53,606 nt of DNA from Priapulus caudatus (Eukaryota), in NCBI RefSeq assembly GCF_000485595.1, contig NW_014577063.1, positions 1,249,590 through 1,303,195 on the forward strand, read 5' to 3'. The notes beneath the pieces are model-generated. The model saw nothing but the letters and a program-made list of their open reading frames with translations. It had not been told where the DNA came from and ran no database searches. The translations under genes were made by a program, and so were the position numbers. Positions 11,644-25,089 of this stretch are shown here, piece after piece. How positions within the stretch are numbered: position 1 is the first letter of the stretch; every line of letters begins with the position of its first letter.

Positions 11644-12248
11644 TCCTTGTACGCATATATCCCTCCCCTGTGCTGAAGCTGGTTCCCCGGACCATCGTTT
11701 AGACTAGATTGTCACTAGTGGAACTGTAAACCAGAGCAGTGCTTTTATGTATGAGTGGTCAAAAACATGGCGGTTAGATACGCGCGTACGTATATAGTCG
11801 CAAATACACGCGTGCACGCAAGCGCGCACACACACGCACGCACGCGTATCACCCCAGCACCACCACGACCACTCACACCATGCATGCACACGCATCGATG
11901 TGCTAAATTTAAGAAACTGTTATAAATACAATGTATGTATATATGCGTGCCATCCTTGGACATATATAGAGTGGCCGATATTGATGTGAATCGAGAACAG
12001 ACGAACAGAGAAACTGCCACAAATTATGCTATATAATTATGCTATATATGCTATATATGCTATATATACAATATGTACTATATATGCTATATATGCTATA
12101 TGCTATATATATCTACTATGAAATATACTATAGACTAGCGTCACTTTCATAATACTACATGTGCTGTCCACGACAACCTTGGGGATCGAAAGAAATTCTG
12201 TTTGTGTCGCATTGACATTGTAGGTGAGTAAATGCGTTGCATAAAGGT

Positions 12249-12482
12249 TATGGAAAGCATTTTGTTCAAAAAGTCGATAAACCTGGTTTTTCAAACCAAA
12301 AACCTGGTTTATCGAACCAAAAACCTGGTTGATCGACGATACTATCATTATCGACCGATAAACCAGGTTTTTCGTCGATAAACCAGGTTTTTGGTTTGAT
12401 AAACCAGGTTTTTGGTTCGATAAAACAGGTTTATCGACCAAAAACCTGGTTTATCGACTTTTTGAACAAAATGCTTTCCATA
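12249..12482. mobile_element. IS3EU-like non-autonomous MITE
   Basis: Perfect 35-bp TIRs TATGGAAAGCATTTTGTTCAAAAAGTCGATAAACC with TAT...ATA ends. Perfect 6-bp TSD AAAGGT (12243-12248 and 12483-12488). Internal 21-bp CGATAAACCAGGTTTTTGGTT-type repeats in both orientations. Confidence 0.75.
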
Positions 12483-13704
12483 AAAGGTGGCCCAATCAAG
12501 ACACGTTTTAATTACATTGAAGGAAGCAGATATACTCAAGATCGGAGGAAGCATATCTGCTAGATCGTAATAGACTATGCGGAAATTACACCAATGCTTA
12601 CTTGTTTATAGAATTTCATCAGCCATTGTTACCTCGTATTGTCTTATAGTTTTGTGTGCAATTTTATTCATGCTTAATTTTGAAACTCATTTTACGTTTC
12701 CTGATTTATTTTACGCGCAATACCACTAATCTCACAGGTATATCTGTAAGAAATTCACGTCGGCCATATGTATGTATATACGTGGGTAAACAGCGTAGAT
12801 TTAAAGATCGCATCTCGGAGCAGCTGCTTTGGTATAAGACGTTACGCAACTTCCCACAACAATTGGCTAACTTTTATCCGTGGATCTTCGAATTTGGAGT
12901 TTTTGTTCTTTAAAATATACAACAACGAATAAAAAGAGAGGAAGACGTAGTGAATCCTCCGTCTCAATCCTATCCATCTATGCGTTCTGTAACACGCGGA
13001 TAGAAACATCAGGGCATAATGTAGTCATACCAGCTCTTTGACCTGCGAGAGCCGAGCTATAGTCCGTGTTTCACGTATAATTTTTGCTTTCACTTCATCG
13101 ATCTTTTTTACTGGCGCAGTTATTATCCTAAATTAGACAACAGGTGATGTATCGCTCTCGCATTGGCTCTCGTCTGTATCGGTTTACAAATGGCACGCTG
13201 CGAGTCGCAAGTTCCGCAAATGGATCGTTATTGTTTTCGTGGTTTATTCGTATATATAAAAGCAAATAGGGCTTTGTCAAAACACCGTGCTAATGTGCAC
13301 CCCTGCAGTGCACGATGCTATTATACCGTGCCCCGTTAAAAATGATGCGTTATGTGTCAACCACATAATGTAAGCATTCATGTTACAATTTTCCGTTTGT
13401 GCGTATTGCATTAGTTATATAAATAACGCACGTGTATAAATAATGTCGCGTTTAGCACACTGGTGCGTGAAGATTGCGAGGTAAGAATAGGCGTACACAC
13501 TAATGCACCACCTTTAAAAGAAAGTAATAGAATTATTCGTAGTATGGAGTCGACATGTGTTCGTGTCTAGCTCAGTGTTATTTACTTAGCTACAGCAGCA
13601 ACAGCAACAGACTGTGATTGGAATATTGACAGCTATTGTAATATATGCACAATTTCACATTAAGTACTACACTTCCAAGTTAGCCAATCAACATCAACAT
13701 CAGC

Positions 13705-14183
13705 ATCAAAATGACCCTCGCCACCCCCTCTTCCATCATGAAACAGTACAGAAGATACTAAAGTCCGGGCACAGTTTCAACCACGCGGTTCAACCCCTGG
13801 ATGGCAACCTCCAAAACTACAGGATCGCCCAATGGTCAAAGCATCTTCTGGCAAGCCAACATAAGCTTTCACTCAGACCCCAGGAATCCCTCCCACCCGG
13901 AGCCAACGAGGTATGGCCGACGTGGTTATGCCTAAATCGCCTCAGGACAGGTTTTGGTTGATGCAGGGCACTCATGCAGTAATGGGGATACACTGAAGAT
14001 GGCCCAACCGAATGCGACTGCGTGGAGGACCAGACTATGGGATATCTCCTGAAATGCCCCCTATTATCAGAGCCCTGTAGCCCTGGAGACCTTGAGGCGT
14101 TCAAACACCATGCCAGGTCCTGTGTGCTGCAGTGGCTAGGCCGAATGTAGTGTAGTGACCCGAGGAGAAGAAGAAGAAGAAGA
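13705..14183 (+). mobile_element. 5'-truncated RTEX/RTE-type non-LTR retrotransposon 3' end (degenerate)
   Basis: One frame reads DPRHPLF...WPTWLCLNRLRTGFG*CRALMQ*WGY..TECDC...QTMGYLLKCP....CSPGDL...W with two in-frame stops and a terminal TAG at 14148-14150, followed by a (GAA)n tail. Confidence 0.8.
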
Positions 14184-14549
14184 TTAAAAAGAAGAAGCAC
14201 ATTGGCATATATCTGAAACAATAAGATTCTCAGTGCATGTGTACAGATGAATTGCTTTTCATCTTTTAAACGGAAAGTGTTGCACGAAAAAAGTTATTTA
14301 CGTGAAACTTATTTTCTTACTGTAATTGGCAGAGTGGTTTTTAGCACTTTCAATGCTCATTCGTATGGCGTCGTGAAATCTACGCGAAATTTGTGAAAAA
14401 CATGTTTCGCAAAAATCATTTTTTTTGCAAATAATAGCGAATATTATTTAAGAGAAAAACATGGCGTGCCTTGCAATGGAAATTCGGCTGGTGGAAATTT
14501 CTCAAAACACCTTTTACTGATTTAGGGGGAATTTTAAGTTTGGTACGGT

Positions 14550-15165
14550 CGTATACGTGTGTGTGTGTGTACGTTCGCGCGTACGTATGTGTGTGTGTAC
14601 GTTCGCGCGTACGTATGTGTGTGTGTACGTTCGCGCGTACGTATGTGTGTGTGTACGTGCAGCGGCGTACTATGTGCCTGTGTGTGTGTACGTGCGCGCG
14701 TAGCGTGTGTGTGTGTGTGTGTACGTGCGCGCGTACGTATGTGTGTGTGTGTGTACGTGCGCGCGTACGTATGTGTGTGTGTGTACGTGCGCGCGTACGT
14801 ATGTGGGCGCGCCATGTGGCCGGGGGCCCGCGCCTGTGTGTGGTGTGTGTGTGCTGTCGTGCGCGGTCGTATGTGCGGTGTGTGGGGTGTGGTGTACGTG
14901 CGCGCGACCGTACGATATATGGGCCTGTGTGTGTGTGTGTGTACCGTGCGCGCGTACGTATGTGTGTGTGTACGTGCGCGCGTACGTATGTGTGTGTGTA
15001 CGTGCGCGCGTACGTATGTGTGTGTGTACGTGCGCGCGTACGTATGTGTGTGTGTACGTGCACGCGTACGTATGTGTGTGTGTACGTGCGCGCGTACGTA
15101 TGTGTGTGTGTACGTGCACGCGTACGTATGTGTGTGTGTACGTGCGCGCGTACGTATGTGTGTAT
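14550..15165. repeat. ~28-bp minisatellite (TGTGTGTGTGTACGTGCGCGCGTACGTA)n
   Basis: Visible array with a noisier middle; source of six overlapping Cys/Val/Arg/His ORFs. Confidence 0.95.
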
Positions 15166-16483
15166 ACATTAGCCTGCAAAGTGGCGCCATCTTTAGGATA
15201 CAACCTACAAACTACGCACAAAAGTAAAAGCTGATGTCATACCACAGGACATCTGTGGTCTTCGGAAGGAAGTTAGAATTATCATGAAGTAAATCGGATT
15301 ACAATTTAATTATCGTTTAGTTGACATGTGAAGTTTGAAATTAGACTTTGCGTAGTCTATGAACATGGCCCAGTTCTGTGCCCAATTTCCGTTTGATGCT
15401 TGTGATTTAAGAAGGCGCATTTTTGGCAAGTAGACCTATATATAGATCACCATATGATTTATGGTGGAGCGGAATATTTCTTATCTTTCCCTATTGGTAA
15501 TAGGGTCTACATAACATAACTAGGAAATGAGCATATATACACCTATCGCATCGTTACCAACTACGGCATGTAGCTATATTCAAAAACCTTGCATAGTGGT
15601 GCCATCTATTGATTGATTATTACAACTTACGGCGTTACCTGATGGATGTTACCTATCATCAATGCACCTAAGACGTATCTAAGCAGACTGAGACGTAAAG
15701 GAACTGGAGAAATAAATTAAGGTGTACGTAATTTACATGGTTGCGTACCGTAGAACAGCGAGTTATGCACGCAAATGGTTATAGAACTAGGATTTGGTTT
15801 GTATTGCAACAAGAACACCTGAATGCCGAATAGCTGAACGCTACAATCGGGCATATAACATTCATTTGTCGTTTCCTTGTCTTTATAGACTTTATCGATG
15901 TCTTATTATAGATAACATTGGTGCCTATAGATCTCGGTTAAACTGGCAAATACTGCGCATGCGCGAGCACAGGTTAAACCATGTTCTACAGTATAAGGAA
16001 AGTCGGGAAGACTGAGTACCTATACCTTCCTTCATGACTATTAAAGTTAGAATAATACGGCCGTCACATAAGAGTATAATATTCTTAGGGGAAGAGGGGC
16101 TACTTCCAAATTCTCAATATTGATATCCTTCATCAGTACATTGGGAGCGGCCACATTTCCCATGTATGTCATTCATATTAGTCCCCTGTCAATAAGCATT
16201 TATGCATACGTCTTGATATCGATTAAAATTAATACGTAATTAAATTCAAATTAGAATTATACGTTATCATTGTTATTTGAGCTGCTATATTTTTCTTCAC
16301 ATAAAAGGATTTGAGCTTCAAATATGCAACCATGTCGTTTCATGCGATCTAGGTATTAGCGGAGCTCTCGCACTGGCCGAAGACCCGCGCGAGCGGACCA
16401 CCATACTTAACAAAGAATGATAATCCATCCACTTCATTCTCCATGGCGCGTCCGTACGTACGTCCGGTTACACATGCCAACAA

Positions 16484-16529
<46 letters not shown>

Positions 16530-16562
16530 TACTACTANNNNNNNNNNNNNNNNNNNNNNNNN

Positions 16563-17157
16563 CATCGATTCATGATTTAATACATAGGCCTTGATTATTT
16601 AAATCAAATTTCATAATTTCAGCACAGTTCTAAATCAGTATAACCGCGTTAATTCCCAAAGGAATCCACACTAAATGCAGGAGAACTAAAGTATTTTAGC
16701 ATTATAATCAATAAGCCACACTGATCATGATTAAGTGAACTGCTGCTCACATACCTGTGCTCTGAGCTTGCCCGCAAAGAATCTACTCGTTCTTCTAATT
16801 CTGGGATTTGCAGCGCGTGTGGAAATTAATCACTAACGCAATTCCTAACAATGAATGAGGAGCCAAACGCGGCACGAGAATTTTCAGAAGCAAAATGCAA
16901 TATCAGCGCGCATCACTATTTACGGTCTGTGTTCACGGCTATGTTCGTCTTGTATCCGGCTAAAAACACTATAGAAAGAAGGTATGCTGATCACATCGAC
17001 ACACGCGCAGCTATTGGTCAGTGACACTGTGATATCATGACGGAAGTTATGAAAACGCGCATGCTACCTTTGTTATCATTCAATATACCTCACATAGTGC
17101 CGCAATCCATGCAGCACCCGTAAAGAAGAGTGAAGGCTTCGCTGGAATTCATCAAGA
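16563..17157. repeat. Left arm of a ~600-bp degenerate inverted repeat (partner at 19675-20288)
   Basis: For example GCTCACATACCTGTGCT, GATTTGCAGCGCGTGTGGAAA and GGAGCCAAACGCGGCACGA recur as reverse complements, in order, in the partner. Confidence 0.85.
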
Positions 17158-17859
17158 AGCGGTGCCTCTCATGAGTAATTACACACGCATCGAAATTAAC
17201 TCGGCGGATGTGAGCTGCCTGCGGATGCGCTGATTTTCCTCCTTTTATAAGCGAGAAGAACATGGGTTTCATTGAGCAGACACAAGCAGGGCTGACCCTC
17301 GCTCAATACCGTATGTGATCATGCGATATAGAAATAGTAATATTCAGATTTAGGCACTGCCTAAAAGCGGAGCTCCCGATAGGTGACTCGACGATAAGCT
17401 TATCTTACGTCAAAACGGATCCCAAAATCAGCCAAGAAACAAACCATTTCCTTGTTGCGTGTTTGCGTTCCATGTCGTTTCTCTGTGAAGTTTCGTCTCA
17501 TCGTCTTGCCAACAGTTCGTCTCTTTCCCTTGCCGCGTTCATGATGAGATTCATTCCTGTCGCCTTCCTCTTGCACCTTTTCTGCCCTGCTTCTTCGTCC
17601 GTCAAAACTCTTATTTGCTTTTTGCAGCATTCTCCTCTGCGTTAGCTGCTCTTGACGCCATTAAGTACCGAAAATTGATCCCCGCCAAAACAACAGGCAA
17701 CCCGTACAGCCTGTAAGATTGAGAGGATAGGCTTAATGTGCAACTTGCTGTGTGTGTGTGTGTTCTGTGTGGGGTGTGTGTTGGTTCGTGTGTTGATGTG
17801 TGTGTGTGAGCTTCTTCTTATTCTGATCCACCAATCCCGTGCGGCGTCCGTGAATATTC

Positions 17860-18460
17860 ACAAGTTCGAACCCATAGTCCTCGTTTCGCTCATTACGCGT
17901 AAAGGCGCTCCTGTAGCTGGTGCCCCTCGATAACGGCAATTTCAGGGCGACGTCATGGCCTGGCCGACCCTTCTTGATCCGGATCCAAGAGCCACAATCA
18001 TCTAGCAGGCCTCATTGTTGCATAACGTCCACAAGGGCCAGACTACGAGCCCACAACGTCCGAATACGATCTGAGTCCGTAAGTGACCTTGCTTTGTAGA
18101 TGGTGTCTCCAGAGATTTGTAGCTGCACGAAGCATTCTTGTGTAAGTGCCGTCAATTCTCTTTTGTCGGTGACATTCAATGTCCACCGATTCCGAGCCAT
18201 AAAGAAGAATAGTTTCAAGCAAGCCGAAATACTTTCGTTTTTGTAGCTTCTGAATGAGTGCCTTCCACAACTTCTGCAATGAGTGGAGTGCACCTCCATG
18301 ACTGCGCATTCTCATACTCATGTCGTCAGTAGAGTCAGTGTAGCCACCAGTATACTTGAAGTCGCCCCACAAGTTCGATGTCTGATCCATCTGACACGTG
18401 CAGCGACTTCTTGAGATGGATTAAGGATGTATTTCGTCTTAGGTGCATTTGAGGCATACA
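17860..18460 (-). mobile_element. Degenerate RTE-clade LINE fragment (post-RT region)
   Basis: Minus-strand peptide DFKY.GGY...LETILLYGSES...KRIDGTYTRMLRAATNLW..H...YG...GRP is typical of RTE ORF C-termini. Many frameshifts. Confidence 0.8.
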
Positions 18461-18577
18461 ACGTGACAATGGTGTTCTCCCTGCCCCTATGACAACTTTT
18501 GTCAAAAGTTAATTGGTTGCGTAGAAGTGTTTGCTTCTTGAGATATGAATTTTTTCTAGGTGGCTCGGCCCGCGCGC

Positions 18578-18960
18578 CGATATATATATATATATATATC
18601 TAATTTAGCACTGCCTAAACATGGTGAGTGATATATCACTATAGTCTCTCTCTCTCTGTGTATCTCTCTCGCTCTCTTTTGTTCTCTTTTATCTTTCTCT
18701 CGCTCGCTCTCGCTCTCTCTCCTCTTTCTCCACCCTCTCACGTGTTTACTTTCTGTCTCTATGTCTCTCTTTCTTTCTCTCTCTCTCTTTTTCTCTTTCT
18801 CTCTCTCTCTGCTTCTCCCTACTCAATCTCTTCCGCTCCATTTCACTCTTCTCTCTAGCTCTCCGACTCGCTTTTGCTCTTTCTTTCTCCCACTCTCTCT
18901 CTCTCTCGCTCTCTCCTTCTCTCCCACTAACACTCTTGCTCGCAAAATTACTTGCTCTCT
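18578..18960. repeat. (TA)n and CT-rich microsatellite tract
   Basis: Visible. Confidence 0.9.
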
Positions 18961-19674
18961 TTGCACCATCTTCGAATGTTTCGCAGCAAAGTCACATCAT
19001 CGTTATTACGACCCCTCCTAACGGCATGTCCAGAATGACTACTATTACCGTCATCTACCAGATTGCGTAGGTATGCTAGGTAAGGTGCTCGTACAGGTGT
19101 TCTAGACTATTTACGTGCGCGCGTAGCTATGCTCTGAATTTAGCAAAATGATTCGACTCGGGGAAGGAAATGCGCGCTAAACTGCTGCAGAAACATTGCT
19201 TTTATACTCTCCTTACTGTTAAGGCCGCCCGTGAAAATCTGAGGCATTCTTTAGCTGTTACGATGCAGCGAAAATTTTTTCAATGGGTTGCCGTTGGGGT
19301 TCCATAATTAGGATATAGTTACGATGGAAACCCAATACATTTGTAATAAATGTCAGGATGCGGTGAGAGCAGCAGTATAGTAATGAACAAGAAAACGCGC
19401 AATAGGATCAACCCGCCTACATATATAGGCGCATAAGTCGATCAATGTAATCCATAGAGTTCCGTACAAATTACGCGCGTTGACGCGCTTTCTAGGAAGT
19501 CTGCAAAATGCGATTCGACGTCCTTTGGCAAGGATTTCATCGCCTTACAAATTCCCTTTTGCCACCTCGATTAGATTACCCGTCGATCTTGTTATTACGC
19601 CTCATTTGTGTCGTCAATCTTCCCGCTGTCCCTCCCCCCCCTCCCCCCGTTTAGTTGTCCCGTTCACATTATTC

Positions 19675-20288
19675 ATTGATGAAATTCCACGAAGCACTTT
19701 CACTCTTACTTTCAGTGCTGCATGGATTGCGGCACATGTGAGGGTATATTGAATGAACTAAACAAAAGTAGATGCGCGTTCTCTCATAACTTCGTCACTG
19801 GATATCAAAGTGCTCACTGACAATAGCTGCATGCGCTGTGCTAGTGTGATCAGCCATACCTTCTTTCTATAGTGTTAGCCGGATAAAATCAGAACCATAG
19901 CCTAAAACCACAACCGTAAACTAGTTGCCGCGCTGATATTGCTTTTGCTTCTGAAAATGATTTTTCGTGCCGCGTTTGGCTCCTACATTCCTGCTTAGAA
20001 ATTGCCTTAGTATTGATTTTCCACACGCGCTGCAAATCCCCAGAAATTAAGAAGAACGAGTCGATTCTTTGCGCGCAAATCTCATAGCACAGGTATGTGA
20101 GCAAGTATCCCTAATAACATGAATCAGCGTTGCCATATATTGATATAACTGTAAAATACCTTATTTCTCCCTGCATTTAGTGTGGAATTGGGGATCAACG
20201 CGTCAATACTGAATTTGGACGTGTGCTGCAAATTATAATTTATATAAAAATAAATTCAAGCCTTGTATTAAAATCATGAATCAGATGC
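19675..20288. repeat. Right arm of the ~600-bp inverted repeat (partner at 16563-17157)
   Basis: Collinear reverse complement of the left arm with many small indels. Confidence 0.85.
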
Positions 20289-20975
20289 ATATAAGCAATT
20301 GCTCCTTTAAAATCGGCCGAGTTGCACATTTTCCCCCGTGTCTGTGCGCATGTAATGAACGCATGGTGGATATTTTGACAGCATAAACGCGGAGCGTACA
20401 CCTGCTGGGATAGCCCGGGTGGTGGTATATAAGGGCTTGCTGGTCAGGAAACGTAACGTATTACAGATCTTGAAACGCATAGGAAACCATTCTACATAAC
20501 ACACAAAATAATGCTAACCACTTCGAAATCTGTTATCCCTATGAATCATGTTATGACTATTTCAATCGACCTTGGAAGTGAGTGGCTATTTAGCACAACG
20601 TCATTCTTGTAAAAATTCGAAGCGTAATACTACTAATAATGTATTATTGCAGTTTTATGTAGTTAGTGCTAATATAGTTAAATGCGCATGAGTTATATAG
20701 TAGTACGGAAATTAGATTAAACAATGCGATTTTAAACACGCCTTCTAACGGGGAAATTGAATTAAACCCCTTACGAGCTATACCTGATGTTAGTAGGTGC
20801 CATTAGTATTCCAAGGTTATGGGTTCTTGATATTATTATTCACAAGCATGATGGCAGATGGGTGACATCTCATAATGAAAACTGATCACGTGTCTATAGT
20901 CAATGTCACGTAAACAAAGCTTCGCCTAAGATTCGGAGACGTGCTATTATTTCGTCCATTATTTACGGGCATGAT

Positions 20976-21013
20976 CCATAGAACTAGAATAGAGTTCTAT
21001 TCTAGTTCTATGG
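20976..21013. repeat. 38-bp near-perfect palindrome
   Basis: CCATAGAACTAGAATAGA-GT-TCTATTCTAGTTCTATGG, 18-bp arms. Confidence 0.85.
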
Positions 21014-21159
21014 CATACATGATCACGGCAATGCTGCACAAGAAAGAAAATCTCTTCAGGGGGATCGAAACTAAATGCATTTTTACAGGAATCGTTTATG
21101 ATATATCGCGGGAGATTAACTGCGATAAAACTGATTATAGTAATCACGCGTATTATAAT

Positions 21160-21213
21160 ATCAGGAGTGAATAATAATAGATTCTATATATAATATTATT
21201 ATTTGCTCCTGAT
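21160..21213. mobile_element. Micro-palindromic element (ATCAGGAGTGAATAATAATAG family), second copy at 48317-48353
   Basis: Self-complementary ends ATCAGGAG...CTCCTGAT; shares GTGAATAATAATAGAT with the 48.3-kb copy. Confidence 0.65.
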
Positions 21214-22686
21214 CATATCACCCGCCTTTCCGATACGTACATGTGCACTGTAGTTAATTTATGGCCCAGCAGGGCACATTCTCTTGACATCCTACGGTGA
21301 AGACATCGTTCCCAGATTTAAACAATTTGTCCCCTGACAGAAAGACCTGGGTACCCCATTAAGATGACGTTTCGTTTATATGCTTACGTCCACGAACGAC
21401 AAGAAGCAATTCCAGCGCTATTTCGCCCCATATAATCACTAATTGTGCGTGCACACCCGACACTCACAGTCATAGACATTTCATGCGTCTCTTTAGCTGC
21501 GCTACATTANNNNNNNNNNNNNNNNNNNNNNNNNNNNNNNNNNNNNNNNNNNNNNNNNNNNNNNNNNNNNNNNNNNNNNNNNNNNNNNNNNNNNNNNNNN
21601 NNNNNNNNNNNNNNNNNNNNNNNNNNNNNNNNNNNNNNNNNNNGTTTTCATTATTGATTTGGCGTGTCACCACGCGATTCCTATGATGTTGCCGTGATGC
21701 TGCGCAAATGGTCCACACGATTCACTGAACGGGGCTCGTCGGGGTAGCTAATAATAAGGTGAAGTCTGAAACGCTGCCAATTGGTTTCAATTGAAACGGA
21801 CATTTAATGCAGAACAAAATGAAGAAAAAGCAGCGGGCATTGGTGCTGGTATGTGTATAATGTGCCCACATACCTCTTGACATGGAATTTAACATCTTTT
21901 TCAATCTTCATCAATTTCTTATGACCAAACATAAATAACCGGGTATAATCCAGTTATCCACATTTGCTATCACTCATGAACGCAGTGGCAATATTTTCAT
22001 AGGCTTGCTAGCCGTGTAGTGAAATTGTTTCTTCCGTTATTTTTTTCGAACCAATATTTTTTAGGTTGGTTTGTCGAAGAAAAAATTTCGCACAGACAAT
22101 TCCTGTTACAGCGTTATTATGATAGACCGCGGGCGATACGAAAAATGTTGCGTTGAACGATCTGGAAAATCTCTCGAGAGTTCTGGATGACAGTTGAAGT
22201 TTTGCTTATGCCAGTCGAATTATTAAAGTCACCAAACATGACGCGAGTGTTGTTATACAGTGGAATAATTCGTACTATTTTATAGCTTAATATCTTCTCA
22301 ACACGACCCAGCAAAAGTAGCAAAGGTAATCCTCTTAAATCCAAGTAAATTTGGACGATTTATGCACATGAAGTTTCGATTTCTCGGTTGCACGGGATAA
22401 ACTGCCGCTGGTACGGTTATTTGGAGAAAGAAACGATGACGTTCCCGTGGGAGAGAATTACATTTCCTTCGCATTAAATGCTAGGTTCATAACGTTTACA
22501 GAACGCAAACACAATTTGGTTGATTTTACGCCGCGATGCACTGTTTGCACTTTGAAGCGATTTTTCTTTCTGTTGATCATGCTCATCTAAAATTAATGTG
22601 TTTCGGAATTAATGAATTCAGTAGTAAAGTAACCTCACCTTTGCGATTCTTTTTGGACATTATTATATTTTTGTAGTTACAGTGCG

Positions 22687-22687
<1 letters not shown>

Positions 22688-22777
<90 letters not shown>

Positions 22778-22852
22778 NNNNNNNNNNNNNNNNNNNNNNN
22801 NNGTGTGTGTGTGTACGTGTGCGTGTGCGTGTATGTGTGCGTGTGTGTGTGT
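22688..22852. repeat. (GT)n microsatellite spanning a 25-N gap
   Basis: Visible. Confidence 0.97.
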
Positions 22853-23109
22853 TTGTCGCCGGAGTGGAGACGCGTGGACGAGCTGGTGACGCCAGCAATT
22901 AAAATATCTGCGTCGTCTTTTATAGAGGGATACTAATGCATCGTTGCCCAAGCCGCCATGCCCGATGTTTTTTGACTATACTCGCCGATAGGTGTCGCCG
23001 TTAGTGGCAGGTATATTCTGGTCATGATCGTATAGCGTGTTACATATCGCAGGGCGGCCTTGCTCTACCTCTTCGATAGACAGTCTGAGTTACACGAATC
23101 CGTGACTAC

Positions 23110-23410
23110 CCTTCTCGCTCTCTCTTTCTCTCTTCCTCTCGGTTGCTCTCCCTCCCTTTCTCTCTCTATTTTTTTCTTTTCCACCTCTATCTTTCTATCT
23201 CTATCTCTATCTCTCTCTATCTCTCTTTCTCTCTATCTCTCTTTCTCTCTTTCTCTCTTTCTCTCGCTCTCTCTCTCTTTCTATCTCTCCTTCTCTCTCT
23301 ATTTCTTTCTTTTTCCCTATCTCTCTATCTCTATCTATTTCTCTCTCTCTCTCTTTCTTTCTCTCTCTCTCTTTCTTTCTCTCTGTCTCTCTAGTTCTCT
23401 CCCTCTCTCG
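23110..23410. repeat. CT-rich microsatellite
   Basis: Visible. Confidence 0.93.
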
Positions 23411-23669
23411 ATAGTTCGTATTGCCTGATTCGCCCACCTCCACCCTTCTCCGACAGAACAGGCGGTCCAAACATATGGTAGCAACGTTAACCGCAACACG
23501 ACGAATTCCAACGGAGACGGTGAGTTTGTCAGAATCCAAAACACATTCCGGCGTCACCACACGCGAGAAATCACTCCAACACACACAACATAAAATTATA
23601 GGACGATTCGTCTCTCAAATAGCTAGTATACGCAGCGAGGCTGTATCACCAAACCAGGGTGTTGATACG

Positions 23670-23970
23670 CAACATGTTCTGCTAGCATCCATGACAAATA
23701 CGCCATACGCATATACGCTCTCCTATGGCACTATTTGTCATAGGAAGATTCTTTCTATGACAAATATTGGCGAGTCAACTTTGTTCCGCTTTACAGCTGA
23801 AATTCACTGCTAAGCAGCTTGCGTTCATAATAGCGCTTCTAAACTCCTATGATGCGAACAACACATACAACAATATATGTCATGGGAAGAATTTTTCTAT
23901 GACAAATAGTGTCATAGGAGAGCGTATATGCGTATGTCGTATTTGTCATAGATGCTAGCAGAACAGGCTG
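23670..23970. mobile_element. Long-TIR MITE with a 7-bp TSD (P-superfamily-like)
   Basis: ~95-bp inverted arms (TGTTCTGCTAGCATC.ATGACAAATACG...), CA...TG termini and a perfect TSD TGATACG (23663-23669 and 23971-23977). Confidence 0.75.
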
Positions 23971-25089
23971 TGATACGAGTGGGTCTGCGAGGCTTCAAAA
24001 ACACAGAAATGTGAGTGGCGGTGATTGGCTTGCTTCGAATATGGCCGGGCAAGTCAGCTGGAATGAATCAATGACTCGAAAACATTAACCCTCATAGTGA
24101 TAACACTTAATGATGTTTGTTAGGTGGTTATCTTCGTCGTATATTATTATAAACCGCTCGCCTGCAGCAGCTAACGTGTGCAATAAAACGTCCCGGCTGT
24201 TTAATTGTTTATTTTAATTACCTCCCTGGGGAAGTTTCTTCGCGAGATCGGTCTTCTTATTCTAGAACACAATGTAACTGTAATGTACAAGAAAAATTAT
24301 GTTAGTATATAGCGCGTATTCACGACACTATCGTGGGATTTCATGCTCTGAACAGCAGCGTTCGCTTATTTGCATGTTTCACGTCAGTATTTAACTTGCG
24401 CTCTAGACGCGTAATGGCAATAGAATTGTTTATTGCGTGCTTTTATCAGCCTAGTTAGATTTGATAAGCTCTGTTTTTAAGCATCAGGCGGATCGTAACA
24501 AAATCTTAATTTCCTTGAGGACATTGTAACTCTGCATATATAAACCGCTAAAGCTATGATACGGAGAAATTACAGAATGATCGAGAACAGTAAAATATGG
24601 TAATCGCTCCTTGTATTCTCACAATAATTTCTTTGATAAATCATTCAATTACCCAGTCGCACTTTCTTTCGTAAATAAATAGTCTAACAGTAGCGACAAT
24701 TTGTTATTCAAAAGACTCTTGCCAATCTTTTGTCGTGTCTAACTTTTATTCGTGTCATGCGTTAATAGTTGATTACGAGACGAACCGCGATAAGTGCATT
24801 CTAGAAACTACTTCCCGATCTCCCGAGTTGACATTTGTAACGGAATCACAACTTTCCTTACGCAATCGATACGCGATTGTTGGCTATAGAAGTTGCTTCG
24901 TAAAGAACATCGCAAACGACGCAAGCGCCGCAGTTTTCTTGTTTAGCTAGAAAATCAAGTGGTGTTCAATATCGCCGATGCGCGCTCGCATTAGTATATT
25001 AGCCCGAAACAGAATAGAACGCGCTGCCCGTTGCTTCGTCTCGACCGTGACTTCTTCGTGCATCGATTCGGTATTCGGTCGTGACTGCA

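Noticed and set aside
14416..15234. Six overlapping Cys/His-rich ORFs
   Set aside because: Stop-free minisatellite; open on both strands for sequence-composition reasons.
17400..17670. Charged minus-strand ORF
   Set aside because: No recognisable motif; lies in a noisy region.
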